A stretch of DNA of 64,000 bases, from the IMG/VR virus record IMGVR_UViG_3300035661_000001, positions 248,001 to 312,000 of that record; one strand, given 5' to 3'. This document shows, one piece after another, positions 10,244 through 20,351 of this stretch. Numbering within the stretch: the first letter of the stretch is position 1; the number at the start of each line of letters is the position of its first letter. Position numbers and translations under genes: made by a program. The notes under the pieces are model-generated. The model ran no database searches. It saw only the letters and a list, made by a program, of their open reading frames with translations, and had not been told where the DNA came from.

Positions 10244-11256
10244 ATCTTAATGAAGCTAATTCTATTTTAGGAGTATCTCCTGGTATTTCTCCAGAAGATG
10301 CTAAGAAAAAATATCGAGAATTGACGAGGAAATACCATCCAGATATTAACAAAGAAGACGGCGCCGAGGATAGGTTCAAAAAAATTAATGAAGCGTACCA
10401 ATGTATAATAAATGGCAAGGGTAGCGACCCTGAGCCACCTGCTAGGTCCCCATTCAATCCCTTCCAGGGAATTTCTGGATTTCCTGGGGTACATAATCCA
10501 TTTGGTGGAAGACAAGGGACTCGACCTCCCGAAAATATTTCTTTAAATATTAATGTTTCTTTTAAAGAGTCGGTGTTGGGCTGTCAAAAAGATATTTCTT
10601 TTTCTAGACAAGGTAAGTGTCAATCTTGTGAAGGAGAAGGATCTATTAAATCACATAATAATTGTGATAAATGTGGCGGTAAAGGATTAATTGTTGGTCG
10701 ACAAGGTAATATGATATTTACTAGGACCTGTGATAAATGTATGGGTCAAAATGCAACGACTTCTTGTGACATTTGCTCTGGTGTTGGAAGTATAAATACC
10801 CAGGTATCAGGTAATGTACAAATTCCCGGCGGAGTAATAAATGGAAGTATACTTAGATTAAATGGATTTGGAAATTATATTGGTTCTTTTTTAGGTGCTG
10901 ATCAATATTCTGAAGCACACTTACATATTCGTGTCGAATCAATTGAAGGTCTTCGTTTAGAAAATCAGGATGTAGTTTCAGAATTAAACATTTCTTTATT
11001 AGAAGCTTTGACTGGTAAAAAAGAAAAAGTAAATACGATTTCTGGAGAAGTTGAAATTGGTATACCACAAATGACAAGACATAAAGATGAAATGAAAATT
11101 TCAAACCTTGGAGTGAATGGTATTGGATTTCATAGAATAATTGTAAATGTCAATTATCCAGATGATCAAGAACAAATAGATAATTTAATAAATGTATTAA
11201 ATGGTAATGGAACATTTGATCCAAATGACAGAGATCATTTGAGAGAAGACGCTTAA
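10240..11256 (+). CDS. dnaJ: Class A DnaJ co-chaperone
   Basis: J-domain with HPD, G/F-rich linker, four CxxCxGxG-type repeats (third degenerate), C-terminal substrate domain. Confidence 0.93.
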   Translation: MNLNEANSILGVSPGISPEDAKKKYRELTRKYHPDINKEDGAEDRFKKINEAYQCIINGKGSDPEPPARSPFNPFQGISGFPGVHNPFGGRQGTRPPENISLNINVSFKESVLGCQKDISFSRQGKCQSCEGEGSIKSHNNCDKCGGKGLIVGRQGNMIFTRTCDKCMGQNATTSCDICSGVGSINTQVSGNVQIPGGVINGSILRLNGFGNYIGSFLGADQYSEAHLHIRVESIEGLRLENQDVVSELNISLLEALTGKKEKVNTISGEVEIGIPQMTRHKDEMKISNLGVNGIGFHRIIVNVNYPDDQEQIDNLINVLNGNGTFDPNDRDHLREDA

Positions 11257-11273
11257 ATCATAAGGAAAACATT

Positions 11274-11612
11274 ATGCCGTTTGCAATGAGTTGTACGAAT
11301 AAAGGTTGTTATAAAACCCAGGAACCATATCTTGATCCAAAAGATGATAAAGTCTATTGTTCAGTCTGCGATAAAGAGATAGCTAATATCAGTTATTTTG
11401 CTAAAGTTCAAATGAAAGGTATGAAACAATTTAGGCAAAAAAAATCAACATCTTTTGCGGTAAAGTGCGGTAAATGTGATAAAACAGAACGTCCCAAAGT
11501 AGTAAATGATGATGTAGTTTGTGGCGTATGCTCTAAGCCACTAGATAATTTATCATTACCATTCAAAAATATGTTAAAAGAAAAGTTAAAAACAGCAGAT
11601 AAAGAAATTTAA
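11274..11612 (+). CDS. Eight-cysteine zinc-binding protein
   Basis: CTNKGC, CSVC, CGKC, CGVC. Confidence 0.75.
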   Translation: MPFAMSCTNKGCYKTQEPYLDPKDDKVYCSVCDKEIANISYFAKVQMKGMKQFRQKKSTSFAVKCGKCDKTERPKVVNDDVVCGVCSKPLDNLSLPFKNMLKEKLKTADKEI

Positions 11613-11618
11613 GAGAAT

Positions 11619-12374
11619 ATGTTGAGTAAGATTACAGAAGCCTGCCAATTCTTATTGCAAAATTATCCAGATGCTCAAGATTGCAAATCTTATTTGGATT
11701 CCCGGCTCTCGGAAGAGAGCCAGAACAAATTTCAATTTGGATATTTCCCTAATACATTTAATATAAAAGTGTTAACATCTATGATTGGAGAGGATGCTCT
11801 TAAGGAGAATAAATTATTTTATTCTCGTGATATCTCGGATTCTTTATCTTCTAGAATTGTTAACTTTTCATATTTTGAAGATTATCCATTAATAATGCCA
11901 TTTAAGAATTCTTATGGGAAAACCGTGGCTTTAATAGGAAGATCTTTATTATCTGATCAAGATAGAAAAATTAAAAACGTATCTAAATATAAAAACACTG
12001 TATTTACTAAAGGCAATTATCTGTTTGGTTTGTATGAATCAAAAGACTCAATTATAGAGAATAACATGGTTTATATAGTTGAAGGACAATTTGATGTTAT
12101 TAAAGCAAATGAAAAAGGTTTGAAAAATGTGGTAGGATTAGGAAGTTCTAATATGACTGCCTATCAATTTTCTCTCATTAGCAGATACACAGATAACCTT
12201 ATTCTATTATTAGATAATGATGAGGCGGGGAAAAAAGGCAGAAGTCGTATTGTAGATAAATTTGGCAAATTTGCCAATATTCAGAATTTTTACTTACCTG
12301 ATGGATATAAAGACATCGATGAGTTCCTTTCTAACAACTCATTAGATGATCATGCCTTTGTCCTTAAAATATAA
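11619..12374 (+). CDS. dnaG: DnaG-type primase catalytic core (no CHC2 zinc domain)
   Basis: LIMPFKN...ALIGR, SKYKNT, LFGL, IVEGQFDV and TOPRIM LDNDEAG...KDIDE. Confidence 0.88.
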   Translation: MLSKITEACQFLLQNYPDAQDCKSYLDSRLSEESQNKFQFGYFPNTFNIKVLTSMIGEDALKENKLFYSRDISDSLSSRIVNFSYFEDYPLIMPFKNSYGKTVALIGRSLLSDQDRKIKNVSKYKNTVFTKGNYLFGLYESKDSIIENNMVYIVEGQFDVIKANEKGLKNVVGLGSSNMTAYQFSLISRYTDNLILLLDNDEAGKKGRSRIVDKFGKFANIQNFYLPDGYKDIDEFLSNNSLDDHAFVLKI

Positions 12375-12424
12375 TAAAAATAGTTCAGACACATACCAAT
12401 GCATAAGTCTATGTATAAAATAGT

Positions 12425-13276
12425 ATGAAAACTATGCATTATATCTATAAAATTACTAACAAAATAAATAGCAAAATCTATATAGGTCAAACAAACAATA
12501 CATCATTAAGATGGTCACAGCATAAATCAAATGCTAAACATAATCGTGGTCAACAAATTATTACACGCGCTATATCTAAATATGGTGTAGATAATTTTGA
12601 TTTTGACGTGATCGCATCTTGCAAAACACAAGAAGATACTAATTTAACCGAAGAACAAATTATATTTCAATATGATTCCAGAAATTTGGAAAAAGGATAT
12701 AATGTTGATGCAGGTGGTAATACCACTCCTAGAACACCTGAAGTTTCAGAAAAGATTTCTAAAAGTTTACAACAACATTATAAAATTCATAGTGGTTGGA
12801 ATAAAGGTGGAACTTTAACTGAAGAATGGAAAAACAAAATATCTGAATCTCATAAAGGATTACCCGGCACTAATACTGGTAAAACATTTTCCGACGAATG
12901 GAAAATGAAAATTTCTAAATCTCAAATTGGCAAAGAAAGAAAAAATATCAGAAGGTTTTCCGAAGATATTGAAAAAGAAATATGTAGATTATATGTAGAA
13001 GAAGAAAAATCTATGTATGCTTTGGGTAAACAATTCAATTGTTATCGTACATTAATTGATGATATTTTAAATAGATACGGCACCTATAAGCGGGAGCGTA
13101 AAATTATCAAAAATGGTAGGAATCTTTTTACTCAAGAGCGAGAAATAGAGATTTGTGATTTGTTTGTGAAGCAATTTGTTAACATGGTTGAGTTGGCAAA
13201 AAAATTTGATTGTGGTAAAACCACAATCAGGGGGATCTTGCTTAGAAATAATGTCAACTTAAAAAGGACTATATGA
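12425..13276 (+). mobile_element. GIY-YIG homing endonuclease with NUMOD3-like repeats and C-terminal HTHs
   Basis: YIYKITNKINSKIYIGQT, KGYN, repeated EEWKxKISxS. Confidence 0.9.
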
Positions 13277-13725
13277 ATAATAAGTTTGAAAAGAGAAAGA
13301 CAAGGTCCGACAGTTACCAGCACATTTTGCTCGAAACAGTTTGTTCGAACGATATGATGGAAGCATTTAGAAATGAAGATTCAATTTATCATAGATTGAA
13401 TCCTTTTGAATATAATGAGGATTTGATGGATTTAGAGGATCAATTAAAAAAAGAATTCTGGAGAGTAGTGGATACTCTTTTAACTCCTCGTCAAAAAGAA
13501 GTTATTAAGCTTTATGCTGATGGATACACTCAAATGGAAATTGCTAAAATGCTTAACGTAAACCAAAGCTCTATTACCAAATCATTAAATGGTAATGTGG
13601 ATTATAAAAATGGTAAAAGAGTTTATGGCGGGGCGCGTAAGAAAATCCGTAAAATTATTGAGAATGATGAAAGAATCAAGGACATTCTTAAAAAGATGGA
13701 TGAATGTCGTAGCGAAAAATGGTAA
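13273..13725 (+). CDS. Sigma-70 region-4/LuxR-type HTH transcription factor
   Basis: LTPRQKEVIKLYADGYTQMEIAKMLNVNQSSITKSL; no region 2 evident in 150 aa. Confidence 0.75.
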   Translation: MNNKFEKRKTRSDSYQHILLETVCSNDMMEAFRNEDSIYHRLNPFEYNEDLMDLEDQLKKEFWRVVDTLLTPRQKEVIKLYADGYTQMEIAKMLNVNQSSITKSLNGNVDYKNGKRVYGGARKKIRKIIENDERIKDILKKMDECRSEKW

Positions 13726-13761
13726 CCACTCGTAAGTCTTGATAATAAAATACAGATATTA

Positions 13762-13776
13762 TCAATATTTCTTTAT
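13762..13776 (+). promoter_or_regulatory. Candidate late promoter TCAATA-N6-TAT
   Basis: Same spaced motif precedes the protease, decoration and capsid genes. Confidence 0.5.
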
Positions 13777-13809
13777 CTATGGTAGGCATATTATAATTTG
13801 GGAGACGAA

Positions 13810-14268
13810 ATGTCCAAGAGTTTTTCGGTAGATTATTCAAAATTAGATACTAAGCTTTATAAAAAAGCTTATCGTTTGCAAGATGTTAAAAATCGTCTTG
13901 AAACCGTTGCTTTTGATATTGTTAGATTTAAAGATGGCGACCAAGGTGCCGATCTTTGGCAAGTTCAAAGTGCTGATGATGGTGAGTACATCGTTGCGTT
14001 ATACCAACCAGATGAAGAAAAAACAGCTGCTACATGGGAAGTCTCCATCAGTAAAACTGCTGGAGATTTACATATTTCTTATAAAGGAGACCCACTAGTT
14101 AAGGTGGCAGCTTCCAAATTAGGAATTCCAAGCAAAGAATTACATAAGGTTCCCGAGTATCTGCCTGCTAAGTTGGCGGAAAATAAAAAGTTGGTGAAAG
14201 CATTGCTAAATGAACTATCACCTTCTGCCAAAGAAGCTGTATTAAGCAAATACCCAGAATTGGTTTAA
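13810..14268 (+). CDS. Putative internal head protein
   Basis: GGAG RBS before ATG 13810; KKA|Y and KTA|A motifs; first gene of head region. Confidence 0.6.
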   Translation: MSKSFSVDYSKLDTKLYKKAYRLQDVKNRLETVAFDIVRFKDGDQGADLWQVQSADDGEYIVALYQPDEEKTAATWEVSISKTAGDLHISYKGDPLVKVAASKLGIPSKELHKVPEYLPAKLAENKKLVKALLNELSPSAKEAVLSKYPELV

Positions 14269-14291
14269 CCCCACCCCTAATAGGATGCTAA

Positions 14292-15905
14292 ATGAGTGTC
14301 GATAAAATCCAGCAATTAATAGGTTCATTAGCTAAGTCAATAGACGATAATGAAAAATTAGCCGTTCCAATTTTGGCAGCTAAATTAGCTAAATATGTGG
14401 CGGCTTATCCGCAAGACCAAACTCTTGGGACTATGTCTAGAGTTATAGAAAAAATGTCTTCAAATAACACTTTATTTATCAAAAGAGCTGAATTTAAATC
14501 TCTTTATAATAAATTGTATTCTAGAGGCACTAAGGTTGCAGAAATTTTTCAAGATGAACTTGGAACTGTAGTAGAGCCTAGTGGTGTATCTGTTTATCAA
14601 AGAGATAACGCGGAAAATCAACTAGATTTATATCATAGTTCAGCAGATCCTATTTTAGCTAATGCTTTAAATAGTGTATTTGATGGTTCTCCTGTAAAAA
14701 TGTATTCTCAAGAATTATCCAAACAAGCTATTAAAACAGTATCATCCACATTAGATGCTTGGAGCTTAAGACCATCATCTTTAACAGTTGATGATGGAAA
14801 TGATAAGTTTTTGATGATAAAAGCTAATTATGAAACTCCTAAAGGTGTAACTGGTTTTTATATTCCAATTGAAATACACAATAATAAGATTTCAGAAGCA
14901 TCTGTATTTATGGGCAATGGTGGTCCAGAAGATTTGAATAATACAAATATCAAATCTTATTTAAGAACAAATGCTGGTTCTAAATTAAAAGCTAATGGCT
15001 CTGCCATATTAGGTCTATTAACTACTGCGGCTACAGAGAAGAGAGAGATTAGTGGCGCCGAATTAGCTCTCACTAAATTACATGCTACAAGACAAGGAAA
15101 AGCAGAGTTCTTTCAAAATCAAATTGTTGGGCAAAAGGTCGCCGAGGCTGCGGTCAAAGATGTTGCTCTTCCTAAGTCAGATGAATTTAAATCATTCGAG
15201 GAAAAATTCGCTTCACCTCAGGGTATAGCGACGTTTCAATTTGGTGAAGAAACTGTTAAATTAGCTCGTGAGTGTATCGCTAGAGAATTAGTTGGTTTTG
15301 GTCATAAAAATCCTCAGGTAGTCGTTTCAGGCGCTGAACAAAATACAATTTATATGGGTGTAGCCCTAAATCACGGTCGCCTCGGATTTACAGTTCCAAT
15401 TAGAATAGCTAATGGAAAAATCTCACCACCATCAGTTATACTTTGTAATGGAACTATTGGATCTTTCAGTCAAGAAACCATTAGTGCATTAACTGTTGAT
15501 AATAAATCAGATTATAAAGCAGCATCTGTTGCATCTCCATTATATGGTCTTAAACCAAGTGAATTAATAACAAATATTAAACATGCTTTAGGTGAAGGAA
15601 ATCATGATAAAGCTATGGACGCTTTGGATGTATTAAGAAGTGAAGGTGATGCTAAAGCTTATGCATTTGGTTTACAAGCTTTTATGCAAGGATTATCTGG
15701 AAAAACTGCAACTGCCGAATCAGAACATAAATGTAGCATGATGATTAAGAGTGCTTCAAGTGAACAACCAGTATGTGGTCATACGGGTTTACCAGTTCAT
15801 AAAACCTATCTTGATAAAGAGGGTAACTGTAGACCATTATATAGAAAAGGCATGGATGAGGGTTACGAAGCCGTGACTTTTAACAATCACAAAATTTTTG
15901 GATAA
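14292..15905 (+). CDS. Putative internal head protein with internal domain duplication
   Basis: Two copies of GxxGFx[IV]PIxIxNxKISxxSVxxxNG; C-terminal Cys/His cluster. Confidence 0.6.
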   Translation: MSVDKIQQLIGSLAKSIDDNEKLAVPILAAKLAKYVAAYPQDQTLGTMSRVIEKMSSNNTLFIKRAEFKSLYNKLYSRGTKVAEIFQDELGTVVEPSGVSVYQRDNAENQLDLYHSSADPILANALNSVFDGSPVKMYSQELSKQAIKTVSSTLDAWSLRPSSLTVDDGNDKFLMIKANYETPKGVTGFYIPIEIHNNKISEASVFMGNGGPEDLNNTNIKSYLRTNAGSKLKANGSAILGLLTTAATEKREISGAELALTKLHATRQGKAEFFQNQIVGQKVAEAAVKDVALPKSDEFKSFEEKFASPQGIATFQFGEETVKLARECIARELVGFGHKNPQVVVSGAEQNTIYMGVALNHGRLGFTVPIRIANGKISPPSVILCNGTIGSFSQETISALTVDNKSDYKAASVASPLYGLKPSELITNIKHALGEGNHDKAMDALDVLRSEGDAKAYAFGLQAFMQGLSGKTATAESEHKCSMMIKSASSEQPVCGHTGLPVHKTYLDKEGNCRPLYRKGMDEGYEAVTFNNHKIFG

Positions 15906-15907
15906 AA

Positions 15908-16927
15908 ATGCAAGATACCGTAATCAATTTAGCTGAAATTATAAAAAAGAAATATTCTTTATATGCTGAAGCTGCCAGTTCTCCAAAAGAATTGGTAGAA
16001 GAAGCTAAGAAAGAAATAATCTTAGCTTATAAATATCATATTAGCGAAAATGCTAAAGACCCTGTGTTGCAGATTGTTGCAACGCAATACGATGAACCAT
16101 GGTCTAAAAAATTCGTGAAATTGATTACTGAATTAGTTTCTCAAATTGATGAATTATCACCTGCTGAAATATTCAAAACAACTAATCATTTATTGGGCAT
16201 GATTTCAGATTATAAATCAGATCCTGAGAAAAAGGTCAGAAATTTCATTCATGACTCAGTAAAGATTACTAGACAACCAGATAAAGAGTATCGTGAACGT
16301 ATTAAATCTAAATTTGAAACAGCGATAAAAGGTTTATCAGGTCTTTTAGAAAAAGCGGCACGTAAATTAAAAGCTTTTTCTCCTGGAACTCCATTGGCTG
16401 GTGGCACAGTTGATCCACAAAGAAAAGAATTAAGTAAAAATCAAATACGTATGTTTATGTACACTCCAATTGCTGCATCTTACGGTTTAGATAATATGGA
16501 TATGATGACTAAGATCTTAGAAGATCTCAGCTTAAAACAAAAATTAACAACCATAATTAATGCTATAGAACGTGGGCATTGTCCTGCTGATGGTCCTGAA
16601 ATGAGAGAAGCTGTTGCTGAATTGGCAGAATTAGCTAAACAAAAATTTTCTACCAATACAAGTTTTTTTGAACATGATATTGAGCCAGAATCAGAACAGG
16701 ATCCAGAAGAACTACAAAGAGCCGATCTATTTAGAGTAAAAAGAGAGCAAGCCGCTGAATTAGCTTCAGAAGAAGAAAGAAAAAGACTACAATCTCTAAT
16801 TAGAAAAAGAGATGAAGAAGCTCATCAAAACAGTATAGAAAAAGATCGTGATCGCCTTATTCGCAGCGATGGCGTATTGAAACTTCTTAATAAACTTATA
16901 TTAAAGGGAACCTATGAGAATCGCTGA
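15908..16927 (+). CDS. Hypothetical helical protein (head region)
   Basis: 339-aa ORF in operon. Confidence 0.7.
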   Translation: MQDTVINLAEIIKKKYSLYAEAASSPKELVEEAKKEIILAYKYHISENAKDPVLQIVATQYDEPWSKKFVKLITELVSQIDELSPAEIFKTTNHLLGMISDYKSDPEKKVRNFIHDSVKITRQPDKEYRERIKSKFETAIKGLSGLLEKAARKLKAFSPGTPLAGGTVDPQRKELSKNQIRMFMYTPIAASYGLDNMDMMTKILEDLSLKQKLTTIINAIERGHCPADGPEMREAVAELAELAKQKFSTNTSFFEHDIEPESEQDPEELQRADLFRVKREQAAELASEEERKRLQSLIRKRDEEAHQNSIEKDRDRLIRSDGVLKLLNKLILKGTYENR

Positions 16928-17624
16928 ATTATTAAATGCTATAGCATCTTGGTTAGAGAGTCCTAATAATGAAGCTCTCATGTTGGCAGAAGCTGATAAC
17001 AATTGCGCGACAATTGTTGCAGAGTCATGTGTATTAGCTGCGCAATTATTAAAAACAGCTGCTGATCAGGTAGATGAATTAGAGCCTGCTGCTGAATCTT
17101 TAATTACTCCAGATTCCATAGATGGAGTCGCCGCATTGGCTGGTGTTTTTGATAGATCTGGAGATCCTGAATTGAAAAAACAAGCTTCAGTTATTGATGA
17201 ACTTCTATTAACTATTGCCGCACCTCCTAATGTATTGGCAGAAAGAAAAGATTTAGAAGATAATAGAATTGAAGAGCTGAAAAAAAAATATGAAAATCCA
17301 CGCAAAGAATTAGATAAAACTAATAAGATAGCTGATTCTAATAAAGCTCTTGATAAGAGTCAATATATTAAAGAGTATAAGATAATGGAAGCTCCATTAT
17401 CTTCTCGTTATTGTCCTGATCATCCCGGTGCACAAATTGCCCGAATTGGTGAGCATATGTGGCAATGTGATTTAGATAAAAAAACATATAATTTTGAATC
17501 TGGATTTACATTAAATAATGGGTCAAAAGTTCCTGGGGGCGATGTTTCACAACAAACTCAAGGATTAGGAGTGCCAACACATTCTATATTTGATACACGT
17601 GAAGGGCGCTTGAATAGCAACTAA
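16914..17624 (+). CDS. Putative internal head protein with helical-hairpin module and Cys/His motif
   Basis: VAALAGVFDRSGDPELKKQASVIDELL; YCPDH...WQCD. Confidence 0.6.
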   Translation: MRIAELLNAIASWLESPNNEALMLAEADNNCATIVAESCVLAAQLLKTAADQVDELEPAAESLITPDSIDGVAALAGVFDRSGDPELKKQASVIDELLLTIAAPPNVLAERKDLEDNRIEELKKKYENPRKELDKTNKIADSNKALDKSQYIKEYKIMEAPLSSRYCPDHPGAQIARIGEHMWQCDLDKKTYNFESGFTLNNGSKVPGGDVSQQTQGLGVPTHSIFDTREGRLNSN

Positions 17625-17643
17625 TTATAATTTTATGTTATAG

Positions 17644-17695
17644 CTCATATGTTATGCTATTTAACGAACTCGTACAAATTGTAAACATATGAGGA
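17644..17695 (+). promoter_or_regulatory. Hairpin overlapping RBS of downstream gene
   Basis: CTCATATGTT (17644-53) / AACATATGAG (17684-93), 30-nt loop; GAGGA at 17691-95; ATG 17702. Confidence 0.5.
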
Positions 17696-17701
17696 TACGC
17701 T

Positions 17702-18457
17702 ATGAATAAAAATGCTTTACGTAAGATACTCGATCATCCCGATAAAGATGAAATAATTTCTAAATTAGTATTAGGAATACCATTAAGAGATGTACATGAA
17801 TGGTTGAAAGGTAAATACACAAATGTTAGCGAGGCTAAATTTGTCATTCCTGAAAAGAGTATTAAGTCTTTTCAAGAAAATTATCTTGATCTTTATAGTA
17901 TGATTCAAGAAGATTTGATTAAATCACGTACAGCTGTAGCTACATCTACGGAAGATGATTTGCAATTAACTATTAAAAACTTACCTGCTTATAAAGCAGT
18001 AATGTTAAAATCAGCAGAAGAAGAATTAGACATTAGACAAATAATCAAAAGAATGGTAATGGGTTTAGAAACTCGTTTTTCTCAAGTATTTGATGAAATT
18101 CAAGAAGATCCTAGAAATATAAATACTAGAATAGATCGTTTAATGATTGAGTATGCCGAAGTTCTTGGCGGCTTATTAGAAAAATGTTATAAATTCACTG
18201 AAGTTCCTGCGGCTAATCAGGTCATTCAACACAATGTAACTTTGCAGGTGGTAGACCAGCATATTACTGTATTTTATGATGTAATCAAAGAAGTACTTTC
18301 TCAAATGGATCTGGAAACATCTTTATACTTCATGGAAGTATTTAATGAAAAAATGTCCAAATTAAAAGCCCCAGAAAAGGAAGCTGGACCTAGTTCAGAG
18401 ATGAGATTAGTAGAAGCTAAGTTACTTAATGAAACCATCAATAAAAAAATTAATTAA
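17702..18457 (+). CDS. Possible terminase small subunit (N-terminal HTH-like)
   Basis: KILDHPDKDEIISKLVLGIPLRDVHEWL resembles TerS N-terminal HTHs; helical body; no K-x-A processing pattern at termini. Confidence 0.4.
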   Translation: MNKNALRKILDHPDKDEIISKLVLGIPLRDVHEWLKGKYTNVSEAKFVIPEKSIKSFQENYLDLYSMIQEDLIKSRTAVATSTEDDLQLTIKNLPAYKAVMLKSAEEELDIRQIIKRMVMGLETRFSQVFDEIQEDPRNINTRIDRLMIEYAEVLGGLLEKCYKFTEVPAANQVIQHNVTLQVVDQHITVFYDVIKEVLSQMDLETSLYFMEVFNEKMSKLKAPEKEAGPSSEMRLVEAKLLNETINKKIN

Positions 18458-18471
18458 AGAGAGTATATCTT

Positions 18472-20343
18472 ATGACTGAAATGAAAGGTAAATTTCTTCC
18501 TGAACAATCATGGTTTGATTTAGTTCATTCCACTCGTAAACCTGTGGAAGATGAAGTGAATCAAAATCCTGTTGCATCGCAACATAAGATAGAAGACCTA
18601 TTGAAATTTTTTCAAAAAAATAAGATTAGATATGATGATATTGATCCAGAAGAAGATTTCTTAAAAAATTTGAAGCATGAAGATGCTTATGAGAAAAAGA
18701 AAAAAGCTTATCCAAATAACGAAGTTTATAGAAACATTCCTGGCGAAAGAGATCAGTCAAAATGGTTACAAACTGTTAAAGAAATTTATTATAAAGAAAA
18801 AGACGGAATAGATCGTATAGCTGCAATTAAACAGGCTACCAATAATTGGAATGTTAATGAAACATATGATTTTTTGAATTGGTTAAAGTTTTATGAATCT
18901 GGTTCACATATGAAATACAAAATGGCGCAGTCATGGTATGAAAATGGCGCTCCAGGATATTTTCTTCATATAAAACCAGATGCTAAAAAAGAAGAAACCA
19001 ATATAAATGGTAATGATGTAGATAAAGCGCATGATGCAATATCAAATGAATTACCAGCTAATGAAAGAAAAAGAATCATAGAAAAACAAAGAAGTAAAAT
19101 TATTGGAAGATTAGATTCTGCTGAAAAGTTACTTCGAACACATGAAGGACAAATATTTGCAGGAAGAGAATTTGAATCTTTGCTGGAAACTATTTATCAA
19201 TTAAAGAAAAAAGTACAGTTAGTTAATAAAATCAGTACTTCTACTAGATTGTACGAAGATATGATTATTCGTGAAGCTAATATCATGAATAAAAAGGGAT
19301 TCGTTAAAGCTGCTAATTTATTGTTTTCTATTTCTCAAGCCAATAATCCTCCTCCTGATGGTACTGGTACTCCAGGCACAGCTCCAGCTATTACTCCGCC
19401 ATCTCCTGCGCCTCCAGCACAGAGTAGCGGGGCTGTTGGAGGATTACCATCTATGGGTCCAGGAATGCCTCAAACTCCACCAGAGAGTGCTCCTAATGAA
19501 AATCCTGTACCTAAAGGTATTGCCGAATTTTTACAAAACTTAGATCCTGCAAAAAAAGAAAAAGACAAATCATTGTCTGACGATGTATTAGAAGTCAGTG
19601 ATACTCTTGATGTTAATGATTCTGAAAGTGAAATTTTAGTAACCGAAGCTCAAGAAGTTCCTGCTCCTTCTCAGCCCGCTCCGCCTAAGTCAAAGGCTCC
19701 ACCAAAACCTAAAGCTCCGTTAGGCATTGAGACTGAGAGTCCATTGGAAGTCACTGATAATGTCGCAGAAATTAATCAAGATCGAGTCGCTCCACAAGTT
19801 AGAGATTTCGATCGTATGATAGATTCTGCTTTTGCTAATTTAAAAGTATCAGATGTAGTAGCCAAACTTGAGGATTTAGCTAAAATCTTCAAAACTAGAG
19901 AAATACCAAGACAATTATCTATTGTTGATATGATGTTGGATAGTTTAGGATTAGCCGCATACTTCCCCTCATTATCAGAAGCTACAAATAAAGCATTAGA
20001 ATCAAACAATTATATCTCCACTCGTGTCGATGATATTTTGGCTAAACTACATGGTAGTATTGCTACAAACGAAGTTGATTTAAGAGGAGAGTCTAAACCA
20101 CTATCAAGTTCGCCTGAAATCGATTCATTAAAAAATAAATTGAGACAAGAAGAAGATAAAGATAAAGCTAGAAAGAAACTTAGAAAAGATCAAGCCAATC
20201 AAGAATTAATGGATGCGGCTCAGCCAAAAGAAACTCCTGACATAGAAATTGAAGAAGATTTAAGTAAACCTACTGCAGAAGAAGCCGCGCCGCCAGTACC
20301 AAAACCAGCTCCTGTAGCACCACCACGTCCAGTCACTAGGTAA
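18472..20343 (+). CDS. Large Pro-rich putative internal head/scaffold-like protein
   Basis: 623 aa; KMA|Q and TEA|Q motifs; Pro-rich linkers. Confidence 0.6.
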   Translation: MTEMKGKFLPEQSWFDLVHSTRKPVEDEVNQNPVASQHKIEDLLKFFQKNKIRYDDIDPEEDFLKNLKHEDAYEKKKKAYPNNEVYRNIPGERDQSKWLQTVKEIYYKEKDGIDRIAAIKQATNNWNVNETYDFLNWLKFYESGSHMKYKMAQSWYENGAPGYFLHIKPDAKKEETNINGNDVDKAHDAISNELPANERKRIIEKQRSKIIGRLDSAEKLLRTHEGQIFAGREFESLLETIYQLKKKVQLVNKISTSTRLYEDMIIREANIMNKKGFVKAANLLFSISQANNPPPDGTGTPGTAPAITPPSPAPPAQSSGAVGGLPSMGPGMPQTPPESAPNENPVPKGIAEFLQNLDPAKKEKDKSLSDDVLEVSDTLDVNDSESEILVTEAQEVPAPSQPAPPKSKAPPKPKAPLGIETESPLEVTDNVAEINQDRVAPQVRDFDRMIDSAFANLKVSDVVAKLEDLAKIFKTREIPRQLSIVDMMLDSLGLAAYFPSLSEATNKALESNNYISTRVDDILAKLHGSIATNEVDLRGESKPLSSSPEIDSLKNKLRQEEDKDKARKKLRKDQANQELMDAAQPKETPDIEIEEDLSKPTAEEAAPPVPKPAPVAPPRPVTR

Positions 20344-20351
20344 TATAAATT

